NCBI GenBank assembly: GCA_001662655.1
Contig: KV460220.1
Direction: 5' to 3' (one strand)
Source: Pseudogymnoascus verrucosus
Taxonomy: Eukaryota
Length of the DNA stretch: 64,000 nt
Shown here: positions 46,668 through 57,660 of the stretch, one piece after another
Position numbering within the stretch: position 1 is the first letter of the stretch
Layout: each line of letters opens with the position of its first letter
The notes under the pieces: generated by a model
What the model was told of the DNA's origin: nothing
Seen by the model: only the letters and a program-made list of their open reading frames with translations
Database searches by the model: none
Program-made: the position numbers and the translations under genes

Positions 46668-47669
46668 ATGGCGCTATTTCAACAGCTCGTGGAGGAGGCA
46701 GATGTTTCTTGGGCTTTCACTTATAGGGATTTTACTGGTAAGATTGTCAAGATACTATTAATGAATTTGAGTGAAGTCAGAGCTGGGCTAACCATTTTTT
46801 CTTTAATAGCTACCGTGGTTCCATTCTCATTTTTCACCATCGCCTCTTCTCTCGAAGCCGGGCCATCCTATGAGACCTTGCTTATCAACACCAGCAAATG
46901 TGCTGTCCTGAGCTTTCTACTGCTCTACACCTTCACCAAAAGCAATCAGATTAACGGCATCGAAGAAGACAGAATCAACAAACTTAATCGTCCAATTGTC
47001 TCTGGGCGTGTCAGTCTCCAAGGAGCTTACGCAAGATATGGTGTCTTCACACTTGGGTGTTTATTACTCGCCTTTGCTATGGGCGTAGAGGCAGGAGCCG
47101 TAACATTCATGGTTCTGGGCGATCTCCACAACTTCACCGATATCTCTTCCTTCGGTCCGGCTAAAGATTTCACAACAACGGGTGGCCTCACATCTGGGCT
47201 TTACACCGCCTGGGTCCTTGGGGGAGGAGACAAACGCCGTGGCATAAATTGGATTGCCTGTCTATCCATCAGCCTTCTCTTCACTATCTCAATCCAGCAC
47301 CTCGGGGATGTGATAGGTGACGCAGCATCGGGCCGATACACCACCCCATGGATGCTAGGTAAACCATACGGCAAGTTCTGTTTTTAAAACAATTTATCCA
47401 ACAAAGTTGACGTATAAATAATAGACAGGGTATACATAGGCATCTGCATGCTCTTCGTGCGAGCAACGACACTTACGAGGCAATATTTTGGGGGCGGGAA
47501 TTTATACGCCTCGAGGATATGCGCTGCTCTGGTTGTTATGGCGGATGTTTTTTTGGTGGCGCGGATGTTTACGTTGCAGAGTACTGGGGAGGATAGGAAG
47601 ACGTATCTGTTTTACATGTTGAGATTCTCATTTGAGACGGTGTTGGCTTCATTTATACTGTCAGCTTGA
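46668..47669 (+). CDS. UbiA-superfamily membrane protein, fungal UbiA-type terpene cyclase/prenyltransferase-like, ~291 aa
   Basis: 'NQINGIEEDRINKLNRPIVSGRVS' (NQxxxxxEDxxNKPxRP-type motif), second motif 'QHLGDVIGDAASGRYTTP', multiple TM helices. Introns 46738-46809 and 47371-47424 (GC-AG). Confidence 0.8.
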
Positions 47670-48017
47670 TCGGGTGTGGACTGTTGACTTCACCGATGGA
47701 TTACGGGATGAGATGAAAAGCTCCAATTTTGAGGGGGGGAAAAAATGGCTACTCGGCCAAATACTGTGTTGGGTATTTGCACAAGAAGCGCTCAGTCTAG
47801 TATGAGTGCTGCCTAGTGGAAGGGCTCTAGCTGGTGATAGAAGCGCCTTTAGCTATAAGTTTTATGGAAAGTTCGGGAATTATACCAAATTCTCGTTATC
47901 GTGGTTTTACCAGAGCTTCCTTCTATTTGATAGCCCAAGGAATACCTCCTCGGCATCCACATCCTTATCTCGAGCAAAAAAAAATACAGAGGCGCTGACC
48001 TGGTCTCAAGGCTTCTC

Positions 48018-48809
48018 TCAGACCTTCATTTCAACTTCTTCTATGTCCCGTAAAACCTCGATTGCGGACATATACTTCAATTCCCAGCACTTGGCAGTAA
48101 TGGCACTACAGGCATGAAAATCCTGCGGGAACTCGGCATTTTCAAAACGGCTCCGGACTCGATCATGCCATCCCTCCTCCCCATCGACAATATCCGGAAA
48201 GACACAGTGGCCCATCATGATGAAATATATCGTACAGCCAAGCGCAAACAGATCCGTCTTGACGTCAGCATGGAACGGGTCAATTCGAGGGCAGAAGAAC
48301 CTGCACGGCTCGGCACTTCCGCCTTCTAAAATGATCTCACCAGTCTCTGATAGATAGTTTCCCTGGAAGTCTGAGAGCTTCAGGCAAAGATTTTCGTCGA
48401 GGAGCAGATTTGTAGGTTGGATATCGCAGTGGATGACCCGCCTGGAGTGGACATGGGCAACTGCCTCAGCAACGTCTCGACACCATGCTAATCGCTGTTG
48501 GGAAAAGATAGTTGTGTGATTCGATAGTATGAAACTGTGCAATGTTCCATTTGTAGCGCGCTCTAGGTACAGTCCATCGGCAGAAAGGTGCTTGAATCCG
48601 ATAATCCGGGGATGTTTGCCAACTTTGCAGAGAATCTCATACTCTAGTTCGAGGCGGCTCCTGTCTCCACCGGGTGTGAGAGGATACTTGAGAACTGTGG
48701 ATTCATCCACTTCACCAATCCAGGCGCTAGTTCCTGATGCAATTACTCGCTGTACTCCTGGTGGGCAGTACTGGCGATATTCAACGATTTCCATTTCATC
48801 GCTACACAT
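48018..48809 (-). CDS. Atypical protein kinase-like protein (single domain)
   Basis: IASGTSAWI Gly-loop, VLKYP, HCDIQPTNLLL, KLSDFQG, DLFALG; intronless 263 aa. Confidence 0.85.
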   Translation of the reverse strand: MCSDEMEIVEYRQYCPPGVQRVIASGTSAWIGEVDESTVLKYPLTPGGDRSRLELEYEILCKVGKHPRIIGFKHLSADGLYLERATNGTLHSFILSNHTTIFSQQRLAWCRDVAEAVAHVHSRRVIHCDIQPTNLLLDENLCLKLSDFQGNYLSETGEIILEGGSAEPCRFFCPRIDPFHADVKTDLFALGCTIYFIMMGHCVFPDIVDGEEGWHDRVRSRFENAEFPQDFHACSAITAKCWELKYMSAIEVLRDIEEVEMKV

Positions 48810-49211
48810 TGTGATGATACTCAGATTGCTTTAGGCTGTGGTTGATTTATGCATAAAGGAATATTGTAGTCGCCGCGTAGTTTATTAACGTAGATATGGG
48901 TCAGCTGACACTTTGCAGGGCGGGCGGCTTCAGTATTGTGGCTGACAGGTTGTAGATATTTATCCGATACCTTTACCTAACGTGTGTGCCACAGGATGGG
49001 GACGGCCCCAATAATCAAATGCAAGGCTGCACCACCTGAACCACCTGCCTCATCATAGCTACTATTATCAGCGTGGCATGTCGGGCACCAATCTCGCCCC
49101 TCTCTCTGCTTCTCAGCCTGCATTCTAGTTACCAGCTAAACTCGACGTGAGTATGAATCGTGCAATATGCTAGAGAGAAGTGTAATAGCATGCACAGTAG
49201 ATCTTTATGTG

Positions 49212-49309
49212 ATGGATTCTCCATGGGTCGCTATCTGAGACTCGAATCGACGACTTCTATGGATTCTCCATCGTCGCTATCTGAGACTCGAATCGACGAC
49301 TTCTATGGA
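49212..49309. repeat. 46/47-bp tandem duplication
   Basis: ATGGATTCTCCAT(GG/C)GTCGCTATCTGAGACTCGAATCGACGACTTCT twice (49212-49258, 49259-49304), then ATGGA. Confidence 0.9.
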
Positions 49310-50063
49310 CCTCCTGTATTTTTTATTCATTGCCAAGTGTAGGAAATAAAGAGAGGGTCGATCTGGATTGATGTAAGAATGGAGTTGTTTTATTGTTAAA
49401 CGATCCTTAATAAATTAGTTTTAAAAGTTGCCCATCCACACTTCGTCTCACCCTCACATGAATTGTTTTAGGGAATATTTGTGTCCAGAAATATATTTCG
49501 CAATGAGTGGTTTTAATGTCGCTTATTAGCTAGACATAGATGTCATTCCAAGGAGCATAGAAGAGTGTAGAGCAATTTATGTAAAGTCAATCAAAGACCT
49601 AGAGAGCTTCTGACTTGATTGGTATCAAGTTATGTGATAGAATTTCATGACGGGCATTCGAAAATTGCCATCACCGCCAACGCAGGCCGATGTGGTGACA
49701 AGGCAGTCCCAGCAACATTATAGAGCCGTACGGCATTTTGGAACCAAGAACAAACACGTTGTTCGCTTTTCAGCCGTGAGATAGTATACTGCCTATTTAC
49801 CCATTCCATTATTCCTACGAATATATCGCCATAAAGGCACCCCACTCAAGATCTATATCCTGTTATAACCCGCATCTCGGTCTTCCAACCTCAGGTCTCC
49901 AATTCTCATCCATCTCTACAGCCCGTTGGTAAGAAGCATTCATCCAACAACGAGAACATCTCTCCCGCGCTATGCAGCCTATGTACAACGCATTCAAGCT
50001 CCCCATCCATCTCCACCCCGTAATATCCATTAAATAATACAAAGTCCACGCCCGACAATACAA

Positions 50064-53000
50064 TCAAGCAAAAGTCATCTCCATCTCCTTCTCCTTGAAC
50101 TCATCCTCGTCATCTTCATCCGCCCAGGCGTTCCCACCAAGCGGCTCTGTCTTGTTCCCTCTCATGGGCGGCCTATGCATATCCACCTCAATCCCGTCCT
50201 TCGGGTCAGGCGGCAGAGGTTTATCCCTGAGTTCTTTTGAGACCCGCGGACTAACCTCGTACGACCTCGATTCGCCCCATCCTCCCTCGTCGACCTTCAA
50301 CCCCGACTGTGATAGACCTAGTCCGGTGGCCGACCGCGCCGGCGACGCATACGATGTGTCGAAACTCATCTGCACCTCGTCATCCGGCGCGAGGTATGGA
50401 CTCGACTGGTAGCTTTTATAACCATCATCAGGGCCATATGTATAGCTCTTCTTCGGCGCCGGGGACGGCGACTCCTCATACATGCCCATAGTCGGAATCA
50501 CATCCGCAGACTTCGTGTCCCTAAGCGCACCAAGACTAGATGATGGCACGGCCGGTGAGAGTGAGGCAGCCGGGCTGCTAAAATCCAACTTCATAGGCGG
50601 CAGCGTACTCTCCAGCTCCTTGACCTCGAAATTCTCGCTCGCGAGCTCCGCGCGGATGGCATCGATATCAAAAAGCACACTATCATGTTTCGTGCTCAGC
50701 TCCGCATCATCCTCCTCTCGACTCTCCTGATACGTCTCCCACTCCTTCTTCGTAGCCGCCGCCTTCTTCTTCCGTTTTAAGAAGCCGAACTTCCCCTTCG
50801 CCTCGCGCTCCTGACGATCAAACTCCTTGCGCGCCTCCTCAATTTCGTTGATCAGCTCGCGCTGGCGCTGCTGGTGGTTCTCTGGATCAGGATCCTCGAT
50901 CTCGCTGAACTCGTCGCTGTCGACCTGCCAGCCTACTTCACGGAGGAGTCGCGGCATGGCGGTTCGGTACGCCATGTGGCCCTTGACAAGCTCGGTGACG
51001 TCGACGTTCTCGAGGCCTGGGATGCCGTCAACGGGCGCCAGACCGGCGATGCGAGAGATTCCGCCGGAGGTGAGACGGAAGAGGTACCCGAGGATCCAGT
51101 CGTTGCGCGCGAAACCGTTGACGAAGCGACCGGCGACGACGGAACGCGCTTTTAGATAGTCATCCTTCTTGGCAACGATGGGTGAGCCGAAGAGGTACAC
51201 GTTCTGAACGAGGCCGTGGGCTCCCTTGCGAGCGAGCTCGCGGAGACACGAGAAGATCACGCGGCAGCCGAGGGAGTAACCCACGAAGGTGATGGGGCGA
51301 GTACCCAAGTTACGGTCGATGAGCGAGTCGGCCAAAATGAGGCCGGCGGATTCAGCGCGCACCAGGGAGACAGCCCACGGGTTATCGATGAGGTACGAGA
51401 GTTTGGTAAGAACGACGGGAAGTTGGAGAGCGGCCATGAGACCAATGAGGATGGTGCTTCCAAGAACTTGTTGAAGACCTTGCGTTAACGCCTGTATCTG
51501 TTAGTTTTTGCCCAAGTTTGATATCTAAGCGCATAGAGCATACCTCAGTAGCCAAAATATTAATCGTATCTCCCATACTAGTCAACATCTCCGGCTCCCA
51601 AAGAACAGAGTAGATGTCTCCCATAATGGGATCAACAGTACTGTATGGCAACCGCACATCATCGACCTTACCCGTCATCCACCCCGACACCGTGACAATG
51701 AGGTTGACCCTCTTATTGTTATGCAGCGGTCGATACTCAAAAGTCTTGACAGCGCCAGTCCTCCTATTCGCCGCCTTCACCGCAATAATACCACCCGACG
51801 TCGCAGCAGCAGACGTAATAATTGCCGCTCCTCCTGCACCAGCCAGGAAACCACTCGTGCCCGCCACACCAATGGTGGTGAATCCAGCTGCCAGACCAGC
51901 ACCAATGACAGGCGCAAGCAGACCGGCAGAGAGGCCGATGACAAGACCTCCTCCAACGGTAGCGAGGCCCATCATCATATAGCGCTTCTTAAGCGCCATC
52001 TTCCGCCGAGACTCTTTGTGCTCATCTTCGTTCCAGTTCTCCTTCTCGGCCGCTTGTTGCATCTCGAGGGCGTCGGTGACGCGCTTCTCGAAGCGGCAGA
52101 TGTCGAGCCAGGTCACGTCTAGGTGGCTGCCTACTTGTTCGAGGAGCACTCTGGACCGTGCGTCGTAGACAGAGTCGGCAACGAGGGTGAGGAACAAGTC
52201 GCACAGTACCGTCCACCTCAAATCGATATCCAGATTTTTCGTCGTCGGTAATTGTCCCGGCGTCCTCACTTCCGGCAAATGCTCTCCATCAGTCTCAACA
52301 TACGGTGGTGGCGGCGCCGCTGCTTCTTCCTCCTCCATCTGGGAACTCGACAGCGAGTCTCCCGACGACTTCTCACCTGCCTTCTCGCTCGACTTCTCGC
52401 CCGCCACCGACCCGGAACGAGGACTATCAGTCTTTTCACCCACTGACTCAGCCTTCTCAGCCATCGGATTCTTAACCCTCGCATTCGCCATCAGCGTCGG
52501 CGTCAAATCCCTCGGCTCAACCCCATGCTCCGACAGCTGCTCAATCATAATTTGCTCCGGCGTACTGATCTCCATATGCGCATACAGTCTAATCATCATT
52601 TTCTGACTGAACATGCGCATCGCCGCCGTGCCAACGCTGGTCTCCTTCTTGGCGCCCTTGCTGGTGCCTTCGATTACCTCGTGAGCTTTGACCATGGAAG
52701 TGAGGACAAGGCGCGTCATGCCTACGTAGGCGATGCGTTGGCCTTCTGTGAGGAGGTCTTTGGTGGTTTCCATCTGGGAGACGACGTCGCGCTGTTCTTC
52801 GTCTTCGAAGCCGGCGGCGGTTGTGCCGCCGTTGGATTCTTTGAAGAGGTAGGAGGTGTGCTCGTCCATGCTCGTGGCGGACTGCGCATCCTCATCCAGT
52901 TGGACTCTGGTGTATCCCTTCCCTGCCCCGCCGAGCCCAGCATAAGTGGCATCCTCAACATCGGAGTCCTGAGCCTCCTTCGCGACGAGCTTGTTGTCAT

Positions 53001-53784
53001 CGTCGTATATGTCGAAGGGTGCATAAGCTGGCATAGCCTGCCATTCGTCCTCAGACTCTTCTTTCGTATCTTTGTCCTCTGGTTGTGCCGCAGACTGTTG
53101 GTGAGACCATTCGGATACTCTATTCACCGAGCTCTTGTCGCGTTTGTGACCAGCTTTTGATATGCTGTTTACGGAACTCTTAGCTCGAGCATGGCCTTGC
53201 TTTCCTGCAGGCTCAGCGGCGACTTGTTCCGCCTTTGTAGATGCTGCAGTTGCGGAAGCTTCAGCTGTGGAGGCTTCAGTTGTAGGTGATTTGGTTGCGG
53301 GACCCTCGGTCTTCGTATCCTCGCCCTTCGCAGTCTCGGGACTCGTTTCTTTTGGCATAGCAGGAGCCTCGGACTTCCCTCCGCTCTTTGGGACTGCTGG
53401 GGCTCCTGTGGCTTCTGCAGTCTCCGGTATCTGTTCCGAAGGAGCATCCTTGAACTCATCGTCATCGCTGCTCGAATCCTCCGTCACCACCTTCTTCCCC
53501 TTCGTCGTAGCTTCCGCCGTCTCCTTGGGTATCTCTTTATCCCCCGCCTTTATATGTATATTCGAATCTTCCGTATCCTTTATTTTCTCCTCGGGCACCT
53601 CCTTATCCGAAGTCGTTTTATGTGTACTCGACTTCGTATCGTCCTGCCCCTCCTCTTCCACACTCTTCTTCACCTCACTCCCTTGAGTTGGCGCCTCAAC
53701 CTCCCTATGCCTTACAGGCAACCCCCACTCATCTACCTCAACCCCCTTCCGTATCGAGGCAGCACCCCCATCCCGCCCAGGCAT
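50064..53784 (-). CDS. DUF726 / TMCO4-like membrane protein, putative lipase (yeast Mil1-like)
   Basis: 'DLRWTVLCDLFL...YDARSR', TM 'GLATVGGGLVIGLSAGLLAP', lipase-like 'FVGYSLG'. Intron 51492-51543. Confidence 0.9.
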
Positions 53785-54395
53785 GATGCTTATCCAGAGC
53801 GTCCTAAACCCTGTCCCAGCAGAACCATACGCCTCTCTCAGTCCGATCCACCTGTCAAATATTCCTAAACTCCCAGTCGTCCGTCAGCGTACCGCATAGC
53901 AATCGCCGTGTCACCGGCTATATTCGTGGGTCGCTGCGTTGTTGACTGCTGACTCGAGGGTAGTTCAGTGGTGGGTAGTAGTGGGCTGGCGGCTCTCCTT
54001 TAATGGGCCAATTGCGCGGCCTGCGGATGAGATGGGGGCTCGTCGGTTTTCGTTCGCTGGTTGGGGAAGGCGGTGAGGCGGCGGGTCGTGGGGCTGGGTG
54101 GGCGTGGGCGTGTGGGTGGGCAAAATGTCTTGGGGGTTGGGGATTACTGGGCGGGTGGGGGGCATGTGATTCGGAGAGTGATTAATTAGATGGTACTGGG
54201 ATGGATTGATTGGATTATGAAGGTTAATAATATTAATTCGTGTTGGAAATACTGTGAAAGAGGGGCTTCATTCAGTTTCTTTGATCATCTTGTGCGAAAG
54301 ACGTCAATGGCGCTCATGACGTCCGGTGGTTTGAGGGTATCGTTTATTCTTTTGTTCGTGACGTATTCTCTACAGCAGCAGCTTCCCGCATATTC

Positions 54396-55482
54396 TCAAG
54401 CTTCCATGCCTTCCCCTGCATCCGCAGCCTCCGCAGCAACAGGCGCACCACCTTCCCCCTCCCCAGCACCAGCACCAGCACCAGCACCAGCACCAGCACC
54501 AGCACCAGCACCAGCACCAGCTTTCCTCTTCCTCCTCGTCTTCTTCTTCACCTCCCCCTCCGCTGCTTCCCCATCGGCCCCACCCTCTTCGCTCTTTTCG
54601 CTCTTCTCGCTCTTCTCACTCCTCTCCCTCGGCGCCCTAACCTTCCTCACCACCCCCTCCCCCTCCTTCTTCGCCTTCTTAACACTCAACGGATTCGGCC
54701 CCTTCGGCTGCCCATAAACCTTCTTCTTCTTCACCTCCCCCACACCCTCCTCCCCATCCTCCCTCTTCCTCTTCATCCCCACACTCCCACTCGCCCTCCC
54801 CCTAAGCCCATCCCTAAACTTCCCCTTCTCCTCCCTATCCCTCTGACTCCCGCTCGCCTCCGCCATCGGCTCCATAATCATCACACTGCGATTAATATAC
54901 ACGAGCGGCACGCCCAGCACCGCGCGCATCCGCCGCCGCACCTCGACGTCCTGGCTCGCGACGACGTAGCAGTGCTTGTTGCGGCCGGAGCCCTTGGCGT
55001 CGACCACGGAGGAGATGCAGGATTCGGCGGAGAGGGGCTCGGGGTAGTCGGCGGGGAGGTGGCCGCAGCGCCGGCGCTCGAAGAGCTTGGCTTTGTCGAT
55101 GAGGAAGGAGACGCCGGGTTCTTTGGCGGCGTTGTAGAGGTGCCGCATGGAGCATTGGGTTATCACTGGGTTCGCGGATTAACTTGATGTTCTAGAATAT
55201 GGTGCACAACTGTGAGTCTAGGAGTGGAGGGTGACATACTGGGTTTGACCTGTCCGTGTAGTGTGCGCTCTAATCCGCCAATGAGGTCCATTTTGAACTT
55301 ATCCGCGTCGCGAATGATATCTGCGTCCACTGTAGTATCAATTGTTAGCATCAATCCTCCATTCCCAAAGTTGTGGGCCAGGACAAAGACATACGTAGCA
55401 CCTGGTACGGCTCTCTGAATCCAAAAGCAAGCCCATACTGCTGCATGAGCTTCTTATACTGCTTCGACCTCTTCCCGCGCAT
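54396..55482 (-). CDS. utp23: rRNA-processing protein Utp23 (PIN/Fcf1 family)
   Basis: MRGKRSKQYKKLM...FGFREPYQVL|VDAD...ITQCSMRHLY...FERRRCGH...YVVASQD...GVPLVYI...PKGPNPLSVKK; two introns. Confidence 0.93.
54463..54521. repeat. (CCAGCA)~10 coding microsatellite giving a Gly-Ala repeat in the Utp23 tail
   Basis: Nine full CCAGCA units plus CCAGC. Confidence 0.95.
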
Positions 55483-56225
55483 CTTGTTGTTTTCTTCCTT
55501 CGGCGGGATGTATGTGTGTGAGAGAGACGAAGGGAGGGGAGGTAGGTAGGTGTGTTCTCTGCGCTGGGACGTTGGTAGCTTCGTTTGGGCGATAGATGGT
55601 TCTCTCCAAAACAAAAAAGTTTCGATAACGGATTTCTGCCACTGGGATTTAGAGTTTAGCGGCCCGTGCGCACCTGGTTTTCTGCCGCCCTTTTTCGCCT
55701 AGTGCGCTTTTTTGCGTCATCCTCCGCTCCTTCCTTCTCTTAGGCTCCTACCATTCACTTAACCATTTGAATTCACACGTATGCGACGAAAGTAATAATC
55801 ATATAATACATAGTACAAACAGCAGTATAGAATCGAAGAAGTAATTAATATTTTTATCCCACTGTTATAGACATCTGACACCCCCTTTTGTAAAAAGGTC
55901 GTGAAGAGTTTCCCAGAAAATGCCATTGAAAACGCCAGACCAGCCCGTTCAAATCGCTCAAAAAAATTAGTCTCGCTGCGTTGTGTGGTGTTCCACTTTC
56001 CCTTGTTCCCATTGTGTACACCTCCATGATTATTACCCTGTTTATCGTTGGTTGTCCATATCCCATGCCTTTGCCAATATAATAAGTAGCTCCGGCTCCA
56101 AACCTGCTCAGATCTTGTTGCCTGAGTTGCTGGATCGTTGCGATGTGATATCCGACCCTGTCGCCATGAGTGAAGTTGTTTGTCGTACAAGCCGTTTAAA
56201 TGCTCCCCTCAGCCTTCTCAACCTC

Positions 56226-57660
56226 TCACCCATCATTCCTCCTAATAAGCCCAACCACCACACTAATATCATCAAGCTTGCCTACAAATCATTAGCTCCC
56301 ATCCCCTCCTCATGCACCGCCAAAAAGAATGCAAACTCACCACCCTCCATCGCCAACCCCTCCTCAATAGCATGCTCCATAAACGGGCTCTCCGCAAACG
56401 GATCCTGTGCAATAACCCTCGCGGCATTCATCAGTTTCTCCGCCACAAACTGCATCCTCCCCTTCGTCACACTCCCAGCCTTAGCTGCCTTCTCTGCCTC
56501 CTCCCACTCCTTCATCCCACTAACGACACACGATACCACCTCGTGCTCCCATAGATTATCGGTCACTCCGTCCGAGACTGCCAATACGACATCTCCCACT
56601 TCAACGACCACTTTATCCATTACAGCTGCGCCCATTGGCGTATCGGGGCTATTCGTCCCCAGCTGCCGCGGGCAATCGAACCAATGCCACTGCGGCTCCG
56701 TCTTGAAAAGCACCTTGGAGTTCCGTGGCCGCAGGATTAGGACCTGCGAGTCGCCCAGGTTGGTCACGTATAGCACCGGCCTCTCTGCACCGTCCGCGTC
56801 GGTGTTCTCGAAATGTAGTTGTGCACCTGTGGCGGTTGTGGTTCCCTGCCATTCTGTAGGTTGCGTCGTTGCTTCGAGGGTCTGCTCGTATGCGCGTTGC
56901 AGGTACTCGATCGGCGTCGGTTCCCCCCCCTCATTAGCAGCTCGTTCGATCTCCGCCGCCCAAAAATGAACAATTAATCTCGACCAAAGTCTACTACCGT
57001 TAGCCAATCTCCCCCTCCACCACCCCTTTAAATCGCCGACCACCCCATCCCCCAAACACCCCCAAAGACAAAGGAAAGAACAACTTACCCAGCATGCCCC
57101 CCCTTCCTAGTACTCCACGCCCCAACCCCATCACAAACCCCCACAAACCCCTCCCCCACCACGACCGCATCATCCCCATTCGTCACCCCCCCAACCCTCT
57201 CCCCCCCCACCGTCGCCTCCCCCTTCCTCTCCCCCCTCCCCCGCCTCCGATCCCAGCTCCACTGATGCGTACTCAGCGCATCGGAGAAGCTCGTCGTTGG
57301 CGGGCTCAGGAATGGTGGCGGGAAGGGGCGCGGTGCGCGCTTGGCGAAGAGGGAGATGCCTGTGTCGAGGTAGAAGGGGGAGGGTCGGCGGAGGGGGGGT
57401 GCGGGGGTGGTGGAAGCGGCGGTGGTGGTGGTAGTAGTAGTAGCGGTAGTAGCGGTAGTAGGTGGTGAAATCGTACCAGTTGGCGAATTCGGCGATTCTT
57501 TAAGTGATGATGGTGGTGATGAAGTCGTCGAAGCAGCAGCAGTGCCCCCCAACTCCCTACCCTCCAGCCCACCAAACCTCTCCGTCAACCTCGCAAAGCA
57601 GCGCCCAGGCAACGCGCGCACGAACGGACGACGTAGCGAGAGGATCGACGACCGCCGCAT
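56226..57660 (-). CDS. ptc7: PP2C-family protein phosphatase, Ptc7-like (probable mitochondrial presequence)
   Basis: NGDDA...GVCDGVGAW; GTTTA; NLGDS; QWHWFDCPRQLG; SDGVTDNLW; GG|KLDDISVV. Introns 56991-57088 and 56282-56340. Arg-rich N-terminus. Confidence 0.92.

Noticed and set aside
55983..56969. 328-aa plus-strand ORF
   Set aside because: Antisense shadow of ptc7 with a non-ATG start.
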